From Verrucomicrobiota bacterium (GTDB taxonomy: Bacteria > Verrucomicrobiota > Verrucomicrobiia > Chthoniobacterales > UBA6821), in contig WBXG01000034.1 of NCBI GenBank assembly GCA_008932965.1, positions 1 to 18,719 of the forward strand: a stretch of DNA of 18,719 bases, written 5' to 3'. A program made the translations under genes and the position numbers. Positions 1 to 8,601 of this stretch are shown here, in pieces. The notes under the pieces were generated by a model, which saw only the letters and a program-made list of their open reading frames with translations, did no database searches and was not told the DNA's origin. Positions within the stretch are counted from its first letter, which is position 1. Each line of letters opens with the position of its first letter.

Positions 1-9
1 GGAAGTCAG

Positions 10-1203
10 ATGGATGCTGCGTTAGACTCCCATTTTGATTTGGGCAGTATGTACACATACAGCCCTGCATCAAAATACTCGCCTGCCTTACCCCATCAGC
101 CTTCGCGGCCTCCTCGTCACGATCAGTATGAAACATCCGGGCTAGCAATTCTCATCCTAATTCTGGCACTTACCCTTTTTAGTCCAGGCGCCTTTTGTTT
201 AGAGATCGATCTTGTCACGGTGGATCGTCCCAACAACCAAGCAGATTCACGAACCGGCAAAGGAACGGTCCCTTATGTTTATGAAATAGGGAAATTTGAT
301 ATCACTGCTGAGCAGTATTGTGCATTTCTAAATGCTGTAGCAAAAAAAGATCCTCATCATCTTTATCATGAGGCAATGCTCAAAGATGATTTTATTAATG
401 AAATCCACCAGGAAAGGAATAAGGAAGTGGATTATTATTTTGTAACGCCCGGGAGAAAGGATTTGCCTATCGCCGGTGTGAGTTTTTTTAATGCTGCACG
501 ATTCTGCAACTGGTTAGAAAACAGACAACCGAGTGGTGCAGAAGGTCCTTTAACGACCGAAGACGGAAGTTATTTGATAGAGGAGAATTCTTGTACTCAA
601 CGGGCACAGGCTCACTGGTTCATCCCAACAGAAAATGAATTTTACAAGGCTGCTTATTATCACAAGGAAGATCCATCTCATTACTGGAGTTATGCTACTC
701 AAAGCGATACTCCCCCTTGCAATAGCGTTGCGCCAGAGGATAACCAAAAAGATTCACTTCAAAAAAATGCCAACTACTGCATCCATGAAAAACCAGCTAT
801 GAATTTCCCCGATGACCTAACAAGCGCCGATTTAACTCCAGTCGGTATTTTCAAGGGATCACCGGGACCCTTTGGGACGTATGACATGAGCGGCAATGTT
901 TATCAATGGACAGTAGAACAGTACAAGGGGGTATCTGAAAAACAGTGCAATGCGACCTCTTTATTAATGCTACGGGGCGGCTCACGTTATGATGGAATGC
1001 GCTGGGGAAATGGTATTATAACTGATCGCCTCGACTATTTAGGAGTGAGGTATCTAAGGCCAACACTAGCATCTTGCGACGTTGGCTTTCGTGTCATTCA
1101 CTGCAATCTAACGCCACCATTGATGCATGCTAGAATTTTATTTAATGAACCTTTTAATGAACCAGGGTTTGAAGAAGTAAAAGCACTTTGGGAATATTTC
1201 TAA
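10..1203 (+). CDS. FGE-sulfatase (SUMF1-like) fold family protein with a Pro-rich N-terminal tail and one hydrophobic anchor or signal segment
   Basis: 397-aa ORF with ATG at 10 preceded by GGAAG. Family hallmarks are present: SGNVYQWT, LRGGS and DVGFRV near the C-terminus. A hydrophobic stretch GLAILILILALTLFSPGAFC follows a 43-aa Pro-rich tail. The frame is also open at positions 1-9, so the true start could lie upstream of the window. Confidence 0.7.
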   Translation: MDAALDSHFDLGSMYTYSPASKYSPALPHQPSRPPRHDQYETSGLAILILILALTLFSPGAFCLEIDLVTVDRPNNQADSRTGKGTVPYVYEIGKFDITAEQYCAFLNAVAKKDPHHLYHEAMLKDDFINEIHQERNKEVDYYFVTPGRKDLPIAGVSFFNAARFCNWLENRQPSGAEGPLTTEDGSYLIEENSCTQRAQAHWFIPTENEFYKAAYYHKEDPSHYWSYATQSDTPPCNSVAPEDNQKDSLQKNANYCIHEKPAMNFPDDLTSADLTPVGIFKGSPGPFGTYDMSGNVYQWTVEQYKGVSEKQCNATSLLMLRGGSRYDGMRWGNGIITDRLDYLGVRYLRPTLASCDVGFRVIHCNLTPPLMHARILFNEPFNEPGFEEVKALWEYF

Positions 1204-1313
1204 AATGAGAAACTCTAACATCAGATCCACCGATTCCTTCATCATAGAGTCAATGGCTTTTGCTCTAAAAATTGTGTGATTTAATAATCACCGAAATAGT
1301 ACCATTTGCATTC

Positions 1314-2000
1314 ATGTACCAAAAAGCTGTTAACAACCACGAACTACTATCGCAGAGTAATGGCTGTGTCATCACCATCGATGGCCCTGCAGCCTCAGGA
1401 AAAAGCACTGTCGCGCGCCACCTCGCTAAGAAACTCGGTTTTATTTTTGTCAGTTCTGGCTACTACTACCGAGCCCTTGCTTGGGGAGTATTACAAAAAA
1501 AACTGGAACCCTCTCAAGAAAACAAGATCGCTTCCTGGCTACAAACCCTCGATTTTCAAACAACTATTATCGAGGGAGAAGCGCGTCCACTGCTCAATCG
1601 CATCGATCCCAAAGAGCATCTCTTCGATCCTGGGGTCAATGCGCTAGTCTCACCCTTAGCAACTTTACCTGAAGTCAGAAAATTTTTACTCACCAAGTTG
1701 AGGAACCTGTCTCTGGATCATAATCTGGTGATGGAAGGACGTGATATTGGATCTGTTGTTTTTCCAGATACCCCCTTCAAATTTTATCTAGATGCCTCGC
1801 TTGAAGAGAGAATGAGGCGACGTCATCAGGAAGGAGAAATCGATGCTATTGCAGAACGGGATCGTAGCGATTCTTCACGTGCAGTGGCTCCCCTATTAAT
1901 TCCTGATGGTGCTAGAGTGATTGACACAACGCATTTGAGTATCGGAGAGGTTGCCGAACATATTTTCCAGTGTATCCAAGAAAAAACTCAAGTGATGTAG
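1314..2000 (+). CDS. cmk: cytidylate kinase
   Basis: P-loop ITIDGPAASGKST and a Cmk-like body (GYYYRA, MEGRDIGSVVFPD, ERDRSD). The ORF-track start at 1272 is TTG. The first in-frame ATG at 1314 gives 228 aa, a typical Cmk length. Confidence 0.88.
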   Translation: MYQKAVNNHELLSQSNGCVITIDGPAASGKSTVARHLAKKLGFIFVSSGYYYRALAWGVLQKKLEPSQENKIASWLQTLDFQTTIIEGEARPLLNRIDPKEHLFDPGVNALVSPLATLPEVRKFLLTKLRNLSLDHNLVMEGRDIGSVVFPDTPFKFYLDASLEERMRRRHQEGEIDAIAERDRSDSSRAVAPLLIPDGARVIDTTHLSIGEVAEHIFQCIQEKTQVM

Positions 2001-2010
2001 CCCCAAGACC

Positions 2011-2682
2011 ATGAATTTCATCTATTACATTTTTTATACGCTTTCTAAAATCATTGCTCATGCCTTATTTCATCATCGGGTGATTCATCCTGAGAGAATG
2101 ATCGAATCAGGACCACTCATTTTAGCAGTCAATCATCAAAGCTATTTTGATCCTCCGCTTGCAGGAATCTGCTCTCAAAGAGCTATCTATTTTCTTGCCC
2201 GCAAGACCTTATTTGCAGTTCCTGTGCTCCGAAAATTACTCCCCCATTTTCAGGTTATTCCCGTAGATCGTGATGGAAACGATCGTACTGCGCTTAAAAA
2301 TATCATCCAGCGACTTCGAGAAGGGCAAGGAGTACTGCTGTTTCCAGAGGGAACACGTTCTCCAGACGGAAAACTTCAACAAGCACGATCGGTTCTTGGA
2401 TTCATTATCGCTAAAACAAAAGCACCGGTCCTGCCGATGCGCATTTTTGGAGCACACGAGGCATTCCCCAAAAATGCAAAAAAAATAAACCTTCACCCCA
2501 TTACGGTTGTTCTTGGAAAACCACTAGTTTTTACAGAAACCGAATTAACCGCTTTTCATGGAGATGACCGGGCCTTATATCACCATCTCACCGATCGAGT
2601 GATGAATGCCATTGCCGCATTAAAGCTACCTGAAGAAATACCCAACAGGACTCTCACAAATAACGGGGCAACCCGGATATAA
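2011..2682 (+). CDS. plsC: 1-acyl-sn-glycerol-3-phosphate acyltransferase family protein
   Basis: Acyltransferase HX4D motif (VNHQSYFDPP) and FPEGTRS block. ATG start lies 10 nt after the cmk stop. Confidence 0.82.
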   Translation: MNFIYYIFYTLSKIIAHALFHHRVIHPERMIESGPLILAVNHQSYFDPPLAGICSQRAIYFLARKTLFAVPVLRKLLPHFQVIPVDRDGNDRTALKNIIQRLREGQGVLLFPEGTRSPDGKLQQARSVLGFIIAKTKAPVLPMRIFGAHEAFPKNAKKINLHPITVVLGKPLVFTETELTAFHGDDRALYHHLTDRVMNAIAALKLPEEIPNRTLTNNGATRI

Positions 2683-2852
2683 CACTTCATGGTAAAATGA
2701 ATATATTGTGCTAGGATTCTTTTTTACCTAAAAGTGATTCTGCTAAAACAAGCTATTAGAAGCATTAACTATTACTTGCATCACATCTGAATCGGGTAAA
2801 AATCAATATCTATTTTCATTAATGTCCCCCTGTGGACAAACGACCTTCCTTC

Positions 2853-3821
2853 ATGATTACTCCTGCTATTATTGTTCGTCATTGTGTTAAAAATTATGGT
2901 GAGCGTCGTGCGTTAGATGGTCTCAATCTTGAAATAAAACAAGGAGAGATTTTTTGTATCCTTGGGCCCAACGGTGGAGGAAAAAGCACCCTCTTTCGCA
3001 TCTTAAGTACATTCATTCAACCAGATGAAGGCTCTGCTGAAATCCTAGGTTATGATGTTGTCACTTCTGCAGCGGAGGTAAGGGCTCGCATTGGTGTTGT
3101 CTTTCAATCTCCTAGCCTCGATCCAAAACTCACTGTTCGAGAAAACCTTCTCTGCAGTGGGGCTCTTTATGGTCTTCAAGGAAAAGAATTAGAAGATCGT
3201 ATTCAAGCGACCATCGGAACAGTTCAACTCTCAGAGAGACTCAACGATTTTGTAGGAGATCTTTCTGGAGGGTTACAGCGCCGTACAGAAATTGCAAAAT
3301 GCCTCCTCACTTCGCCCGAGGTATTAATTTTAGATGAACCCTCCACAGGGCTTGACCCTGCAGCTCGACTCGACCTTTGGGCGGCGCTTGAACAACTCCG
3401 CCAGGAAAAAAAAGTTACCATTCTTTGTACAACTCATATCATGGATGAGGCCGCACGTGCTGATCGCGTTGGCATTCTCAGTGCCGGAAAATTAGTGGCC
3501 CTCGGAACTCCAGAAGAATTGATCTCGGCATTGCATGGAGATGTGCTCCGTCTTTCTCTCCGTAGTGGAGTCGATGCATTCGCTCAAAAAATAAATGATC
3601 ATTTTGGAATTAGTGCTCACGTTATCGAGGGAGAGGTTCGTTTGGAGCACCCAGATGCCTATGCCCTCGCAGCCCGCATTGCTGCTGATTTTCCAAATGA
3701 GATCACTGGGCTACACATTGCACGTCCTACCTTGGAAGATGTATTCATTGCTCGAACGGGAACACTCTTTGCAGAGCAAGAGGTCGAACCACGTGTGCTT
3801 CACAAAAAAGAAAAATCTTAA
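2853..3821 (+). CDS. ABC transporter ATP-binding protein (ABC-2/DrrA-like exporter type)
   Basis: Walker A GPNGGGKST, signature LSGGLQRR, Walker B VLILDEPSTGLD and H-loop TTHIM, plus a C-terminal extension of about 100 aa typical of this exporter ATPase class. The ORF-track start at 2832 is GTG. ATG 2853 (MITPAIIVRHCVKNYG) fits usual N-terminal spacing, but the start remains uncertain. Confidence 0.88.
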   Translation: MITPAIIVRHCVKNYGERRALDGLNLEIKQGEIFCILGPNGGGKSTLFRILSTFIQPDEGSAEILGYDVVTSAAEVRARIGVVFQSPSLDPKLTVRENLLCSGALYGLQGKELEDRIQATIGTVQLSERLNDFVGDLSGGLQRRTEIAKCLLTSPEVLILDEPSTGLDPAARLDLWAALEQLRQEKKVTILCTTHIMDEAARADRVGILSAGKLVALGTPEELISALHGDVLRLSLRSGVDAFAQKINDHFGISAHVIEGEVRLEHPDAYALAARIAADFPNEITGLHIARPTLEDVFIARTGTLFAEQEVEPRVLHKKEKS

Positions 3822-3829
3822 AATATTTT

Positions 3830-4615
3830 ATGAAACCAACAAAACTCCTCTGGACACCAGTACGCGCCTTGTGGTGGCGTGACGTCATTCGTTTCCTACG
3901 TCAGCGCAATCGAATTATTGGAGCACTGGCCACCCCACTGGTTTTTTGGCTCCTTGTTGGTTCTGGATTTGGACCCTCCTTTCAAAACGGTGGTACTGGA
4001 AACCCAACCTACCTCGTCTATTTTTTCCCTGGAATCATTCTTCTTATCATGCTCTTTACGGCCATTTTTTCGACGATTTCTGTGATTGAAGATCGACGGG
4101 AAGGATTTTTGCAAGGGGCACTGGTGGCTCCCCTCTCTCCAGCAGCAATCCCACTTGGAAAATTTCTAGGAGGTACCACACTCGCCGTGCTTCAAGCTCT
4201 ATTTTTCTGCCTATTAGCCCCCTTGGCTGGAATTCATATTGGAGGAATTCAAGTGCTACTTCTTCTCCCTGCCTTGATCTTGGCTGGTTTTAGCATGACG
4301 GGACTCGGTTTTCTAGTCGCCTGGCCAATGGATTCGACTCAAGGGTTTCATGCCATCATGAATATTTTTCTTATGCCACTTTGGATGATGTCGGGAGCTC
4401 TCTTTCCCATGCCTCCTGGAAGCGGCTGGCTCTACTGGGTAGGTCAACTCAATCCAGTCAGCTACTGCGTCTCATCGATTCGTGAGGCCTTAATGATGGG
4501 GAGAGTGGGCTCTTCTTTATCTCACTACGGATTGGCACTCTTCATTACAGCGCTCTTTGGAGCAGCCACTTTTGGAGTCAGCTTTTATTTAGTGGCCTAC
4601 CCAAGAAAGAAATAA
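3830..4615 (+). CDS. ABC-2 type transporter permease
   Basis: 261-aa protein with multiple hydrophobic segments. It starts 8 nt after the ATPase stop, the typical ABC-2 permease partner arrangement. Confidence 0.78.
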   Translation: MKPTKLLWTPVRALWWRDVIRFLRQRNRIIGALATPLVFWLLVGSGFGPSFQNGGTGNPTYLVYFFPGIILLIMLFTAIFSTISVIEDRREGFLQGALVAPLSPAAIPLGKFLGGTTLAVLQALFFCLLAPLAGIHIGGIQVLLLLPALILAGFSMTGLGFLVAWPMDSTQGFHAIMNIFLMPLWMMSGALFPMPPGSGWLYWVGQLNPVSYCVSSIREALMMGRVGSSLSHYGLALFITALFGAATFGVSFYLVAYPRKK

Positions 4616-4627
4616 CAGAGAGAAATC

Positions 4628-5125
4628 ATGACTATGCCTCACAATCGTTCCAAAAAATCTCCCACCCTACGAATCATCAAGCCCCTTTTTTCAGATACAA
4701 AGGACCTCACTTTCCTAGGAAAGACCCAACTACCTGCAACAGAGATTCCTTCCATTAATTTACTAGAAACCTTTGCTAATCCAGCACCGGGAAGAAAGTA
4801 TGAAATTTGTTTTAGTACCAGTGAATTTACCTCGATGTGTCCAGTGACGGGGCAACCTGATTTTGCGACGATTACTCTTCGCTACACTCCTAACAAACGT
4901 TGTGTGGAGAGTAAGGCGTACAAGCTTTATTTACGCTCCTTTCGCAATCAAGGAGTCTTTGCGGAGGCTATTGTTAACCGAATGCTGGATGATTTAGTGA
5001 CCGTGCTTGATCCCTACAGTATGACGGTGATTGGAGATTTCTCTGCCCGAGGTGGAATTGGACTCCGTGTGGAGGCATCTCACATAGGAAAGCAGAATAA
5101 AAATTCTTTCAAGAAACAGGGTTAG
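4628..5125 (+). CDS. queF: NADPH-dependent 7-cyano-7-deazaguanine (preQ0) reductase, unimodular YkvM type
   Basis: Catalytic Cys context EFTSMCPVTGQPDF and QueF motif VESKAYKLYLRSFRN. At 165 aa it matches the unimodular subfamily length. GAGAGA lies upstream of the ATG. Confidence 0.9.
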   Translation: MTMPHNRSKKSPTLRIIKPLFSDTKDLTFLGKTQLPATEIPSINLLETFANPAPGRKYEICFSTSEFTSMCPVTGQPDFATITLRYTPNKRCVESKAYKLYLRSFRNQGVFAEAIVNRMLDDLVTVLDPYSMTVIGDFSARGGIGLRVEASHIGKQNKNSFKKQG

Positions 5126-5131
5126 GAAATA

Positions 5132-5800
5132 ATGAAGATCATTCTTTTGCTCAGTGGCGGTCTTGATTCCACAACCTTACTTTATGAGATGCACCGCAAG
5201 CATCAGGTGATTGGTTCTTTGAGTTTTGATTATGGAGCCAAGCACAATCACAAGGAGCTCCCAATGGCCTCCTGGCACTCTAAAAAACTTGGAGTTTCTC
5301 ATACCGTTATTCCCATGGCTTTTATGAATGACTTTTTTAAGTCAGATCTTCTTAAGTCAGGAGGGTCTATTCCTGAGGGGCATTATGAGGCTGCCAACAT
5401 GAAACAAACGGTAGTTCCAGCACGCAATGCTATCATGCTCTCTATTGCTGCAGGCTTTGCCGAGAGCCAAGGAGCAGAAGCAGTCGCCTACGGTGCTCAT
5501 ACAGGAGATCACACGATCTACCGAGATTGCAGGGAAGAATTTTTAAAACCGATGGCAGAGGCACTCCGCGAAGGAACCGACGGCGCCATTGAGCTGCTGC
5601 GTCCTTTTATCACGATGAATAAAGCCGCTATCGTCAAGTACGGTGCTGCTCTTGGAGTTGATTATGAGCACACCTGGTCTTGCTACAAAGGAGAGAATCT
5701 CCATTGTGGTAGTTGCGGAACTTGTGTCGAACGACATGAGGCTTTTTTACTGGCTGGAGTTCCTGATCCGACGGTGTATCAGGTTCATCATTATGAGTAA
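5132..5800 (+). CDS. queC: 7-cyano-7-deazaguanine synthase
   Basis: PP-loop LLSGGLDSTT and a C-terminal Zn-binding Cys cluster (CYKG...HCGSCGTCVER). AGGAAA ribosome-binding site; the gene starts 6 nt after the queF stop. Confidence 0.9.
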   Translation: MKIILLLSGGLDSTTLLYEMHRKHQVIGSLSFDYGAKHNHKELPMASWHSKKLGVSHTVIPMAFMNDFFKSDLLKSGGSIPEGHYEAANMKQTVVPARNAIMLSIAAGFAESQGAEAVAYGAHTGDHTIYRDCREEFLKPMAEALREGTDGAIELLRPFITMNKAAIVKYGAALGVDYEHTWSCYKGENLHCGSCGTCVERHEAFLLAGVPDPTVYQVHHYE

Positions 5801-5804
5801 TGTT

Positions 5805-6464
5805 CTAAATATTCCTCATTGAAAGGAATGCACAGGCATTTTTAAGCCCTTGTCGTGCTTCAAGATGATCTGGCTGGAGTGAAAGCACCTGCTGATAGGC
5901 CATGATGGCCCGTTCTGGATTCCAAGGAGTTTTGTTTTCATCCAGGAGAAGAGCCACTCTTGCTATTTCAAGATGAAGCTCAATTTTTTCTTGATTGATC
6001 TTCAATGCTGTTTCTAGAGCAAAAAGTGCCAGAGGGAGCAGCGGAGGATTCCAACGTTTGGCCACTGATGCCATCAGAAGATTAGCAGACTGCTCAAAGG
6101 GTGCTGTGGCTAAAAAATATTCTAAACTCAGGAGCGCTTTTTCGAGACGTTTTCTTTTTATGAGCAAAACAACAGTTCCTCTCACAATATTACAACGAAG
6201 GAACCTCTTGATTTTTTCAAAAACTGTGAAGGATTTTCCCTCATACATCATGATGGCTATCTTCCTTGTTAGCTTTCTTGCCTCCAGAAATTCGGGAGCA
6301 GAGCGAAGGAGGCACTGAGCTAAAAAAAGAGCATCGCTATAACAGTGATCCTCCATTTCCTCTTGGGTCCGCTCCCAGAGATACTTTTGAGCAGAGGTAA
6401 GCTCTAGCCCACATATTCTTGTAATCATCTGTGTTAGAAGATCGAAGTCTCTCTTGATGTGCAA
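5805..6464 (-). CDS. hypothetical alpha-helical TPR-like repeat protein
   Basis: 219-aa ORF. The C-terminal part reads like TPR units (AIMAYQQVLSLQPDHLEARQGLKNA). The annotated start at 6464 is TTG and the first in-frame ATG is at 6428. Function is unknown. Confidence 0.5.
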   Translation of the reverse strand: MHIKRDFDLLTQMITRICGLELTSAQKYLWERTQEEMEDHCYSDALFLAQCLLRSAPEFLEARKLTRKIAIMMYEGKSFTVFEKIKRFLRCNIVRGTVVLLIKRKRLEKALLSLEYFLATAPFEQSANLLMASVAKRWNPPLLPLALFALETALKINQEKIELHLEIARVALLLDENKTPWNPERAIMAYQQVLSLQPDHLEARQGLKNACAFLSMRNI

Positions 6465-6511
6465 GAATTTTTCTATTGGAGCATCGAAGGAAAACCTTCA
6501 TTCTACTCCGC

Positions 6512-7399
6512 ATGGAATTACTCAATTGCGAACTCCCACCTCTTCAAAAATTACGTAGTGGTAAGGTACGCGAAGTCTTTGATCTCGCTCCAATTGGACT
6601 TCGGGAGGAGCTGCTTCTTGTGGCCACTGATCGCCTCTCAGCGTTTGATTGTATTTTACCCAACGCTATTCCAGGCAAGGGAGTAGTCTTAAATCAACTC
6701 TCCACATTTTGGTTTCAAAAGCTTTCTTTTGTGCCCAACCATCTTATTGAGACAGAAGTAGAAAACTATCCTGAGGCGCTAGCACCTTATGCAGAGCTCC
6801 TCCAAGGACGATCAATGATTGTAAAAAAAACAGCACCCCTCCCTGTCGAATGTGTTGTGCGTGGTTATCTTGCAGGTTCTGGTTGGCACGAATATCAATC
6901 GCAGGGAACCCTTGCTGGAATCCCTCTTCCAGCTGGATTACAACAAGCTGAACGCTTGGCCACTCCCCACTTTACTCCCAGCACCAAAGCCGAAGAAGGT
7001 CATGATGAGCCAATCACTTGGGAGGCTTGCCAACAGCTCCTTGGAAAAGAAATTGCAGAACAAGTACGCTCCATGAGTATTGCCCTCTATGAAGCAGGCT
7101 CTAAGTTCGCACTCGAGCAGGGAATTATTATTGCTGACACCAAGTTTGAATTTGGGCTCCTGGGGGACCAGGTTATTTTAATTGACGAATGCATGACTCC
7201 TGATTCCTCACGTTTCTGGCCGATAGATCAATACGAGATTGGAAAAAATCCACCAAGCTTTGATAAGCAATTTGTACGTGACTACCTTGAAACATGCAGT
7301 TGGAACAAGCTTCCACCAGCTCCAACACTCCCAGAAGAGATCATTATAAAAACAGCTCAAAAATATCAAGAGGCCTTAGAGCGCTTCACAAAAAATTAG
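6512..7399 (+). CDS. purC: phosphoribosylaminoimidazole-succinocarboxamide (SAICAR) synthase
   Basis: Motifs SGKVREVFD, LLVATDRLSAFD and IIIADTKFEFG. The ORF-track start at 6476 is TTG. ATG 6512 (MELLNCELPPLQKLRSGKVREVFD) gives 295 aa with typical N-terminal spacing. Confidence 0.9.
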   Translation: MELLNCELPPLQKLRSGKVREVFDLAPIGLREELLLVATDRLSAFDCILPNAIPGKGVVLNQLSTFWFQKLSFVPNHLIETEVENYPEALAPYAELLQGRSMIVKKTAPLPVECVVRGYLAGSGWHEYQSQGTLAGIPLPAGLQQAERLATPHFTPSTKAEEGHDEPITWEACQQLLGKEIAEQVRSMSIALYEAGSKFALEQGIIIADTKFEFGLLGDQVILIDECMTPDSSRFWPIDQYEIGKNPPSFDKQFVRDYLETCSWNKLPPAPTLPEEIIIKTAQKYQEALERFTKN

Positions 7400-7418
7400 G
7401 AACAAAAATTTCATAGCG

Positions 7419-7463
7419 ATAGAGGGAATTTTGAGTTTATCACTTTCATCCCTATTTTTTTTT
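7419..7463 (+). terminator. weak terminator-like element after purC
   Basis: Imperfect stem ATAGAGGGA (7419-7427) / TCCCTAT (7449-7455) with a 2-nt bulge and a 21-nt loop, followed by a T9 run (7455-7463). The stem is poor and only the T-run is striking. Confidence 0.25.
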
Positions 7464-8376
7464 GCTCAGCTATTTTTCCATTCCTGTGAATTCTTTCCTA
7501 GAAACATTCCTCCTCTATTTGGCCACGGAGCGTGGTCTTTCAACGAACTACCAACTCTCCACACGAGCCTCCTTGGAGCGGTTTTTTTCTTGGCTTACAC
7601 AACATACAACCATCACAGAATTGAGTTCTATCACACCTCAACATCTCCATGATTTTTTACATGGTGAAAAAGAGCGTGGACTTGCCTCCACTTCACTTAA
7701 ATTGGAAGTGGTTGCCTTGCGTGTTTTTTTTCGTTTTCTCTCTGCTCGTAAGATTCTCTTAAGTGATCCTGCGGAAAAATTGCCACTTCCTAAGCTTCCT
7801 CATGCATTGCCTCATCCACTCGATCCAGAGAGTGTCCAAAAACTGTTGGCAGCACCACAAGGTCACACTCCTCTGGAAATACGCGATCGTGGACTGCTTG
7901 AACTCCTCTATGCCTGCGGACTTCGTATTTCTGAACTTTGCACGGTACGTTTGGAAAATATCGATTTAGAAGAGGGAATTATTCGTGTTACTGGTAAAGG
8001 AGACAAAACCCGACTTGTTCCCATTGGGCAGGCAGCTATTACTGCAGTTCAAGAGTACCTCTCTTTAGCACGCCCGAAGCTCCTCTCTCCAAAATCGGGA
8101 GCAGCATTATTTCTCTCGGTGCGCGGACATCCACTGACACCAGCTCGTATTTGGCAACTTGTTTCCAAATATGCGAAGCAGGCAGGTCTTGAGAAAGCCA
8201 TACATCCACATCAGCTAAGACACTCCTTTGCCACCCATCTCCTGGCAGGAGGGGCAGATCTTCGAATCATTCAGGAGATGCTCGGTCATGCGAGCATTGC
8301 CACTACTCAAATCTACACAGAGGTCGATCGAAGCCAGCTTAAAAAAATCCACCAACAATTTCATCCTCGCGGGTAG
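7462..8376 (+). CDS. site-specific tyrosine recombinase, XerC/XerD family
   Basis: N-terminal SAM-like block FLLYLATERGLSTNY. Catalytic region contains ELLYACGLRISEL, HPHQLRHSFATHLLAGGADLRIIQEMLGHASIATTQIYTEV (R-H-R-Y residues). The start is uncertain: TTG 7462 is formed by the end of the T9 run, and GTG 7486 (MNSFLETF...) is an alternative. Confidence 0.85.
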   Translation: MLSYFSIPVNSFLETFLLYLATERGLSTNYQLSTRASLERFFSWLTQHTTITELSSITPQHLHDFLHGEKERGLASTSLKLEVVALRVFFRFLSARKILLSDPAEKLPLPKLPHALPHPLDPESVQKLLAAPQGHTPLEIRDRGLLELLYACGLRISELCTVRLENIDLEEGIIRVTGKGDKTRLVPIGQAAITAVQEYLSLARPKLLSPKSGAALFLSVRGHPLTPARIWQLVSKYAKQAGLEKAIHPHQLRHSFATHLLAGGADLRIIQEMLGHASIATTQIYTEVDRSQLKKIHQQFHPRG

Positions 8377-8545
8377 TAAATAATTTTATTTTAGGGAAAG
8401 AAAATAGAACCAATTTTTCCTTTGAAGATGAGGCTGCAGTTGCCCATGGTGCTTGGGCTTATCGTTAGCAAGGTGATGGGGCTGATCATATCATACAAGA
8501 TCAGTCCATCCCGAATCTATCTCATTACTTTCCTACATGAGAGGC

Positions 8546-8570
8546 TTGATTGATAAATAAATTGATTGAT
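8546..8570 (+). repeat. perfect 9-bp direct repeat TTGATTGAT x2 (period 16) upstream of fabI
   Basis: TTGATTGAT occurs at 8546-8554 and 8562-8570, separated by AAATAAA, 32-56 nt upstream of the fabI ATG at 8602. The repeat is directly visible. Any operator or promoter role is only inferred. Confidence 0.5.
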
Positions 8571-8601
8571 CAAAAGACCTCCTCTAGCCCATTCTTTCGG
8601 G

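Noticed and set aside
2683-2852. Possible preQ1 riboswitch upstream of the ABC-queF-queC block (small hairpin TAGG...CCTA followed by A-rich sequence; CTAAAACAAG further on).
   Set aside because: The stem is only 4 bp. The conserved loop and tail features of preQ1-I (the loop C and the AAAAAACUA-type tail pairing) are not reproduced. It would need an Infernal scan to revive, and I would not call it from sequence.
1306-4114. Alternative-frame and antisense ORFs inside cmk, plsC and the ABC genes (1306-1647, 1481-1672, 2236-2496, 2270-2488, 3224-3421, 3595-3882, 3879-4085, 3896-4114).
   Set aside because: Each is nested in a gene with strong family motifs in another frame. Their translations are Arg/Ser-rich or otherwise atypical.
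5995-7652. ORFs 5995-6318, 6337-6525, 6459-6686, 6852-7076 and 7431-7652 around the TPR-like, purC and xer genes.
   Set aside because: They overlap better-supported frames (purC and xer have clear motifs). The stretch at 6459-6525 is most simply the divergent promoter and leader region.
7462-8376. Tyrosine recombinase as a phage or island integrase marking the rhs locus as a mobile element.
   Set aside because: Size (about 300 aa), the XerC/D-type N-terminal domain and the C-terminal HxLRHSFATHLL...LGH...TTQIYT block fit the housekeeping chromosome-dimer resolvase. No tRNA, att-like direct repeats or phage/IS genes flank it, and fabI lies between it and the rhs module.
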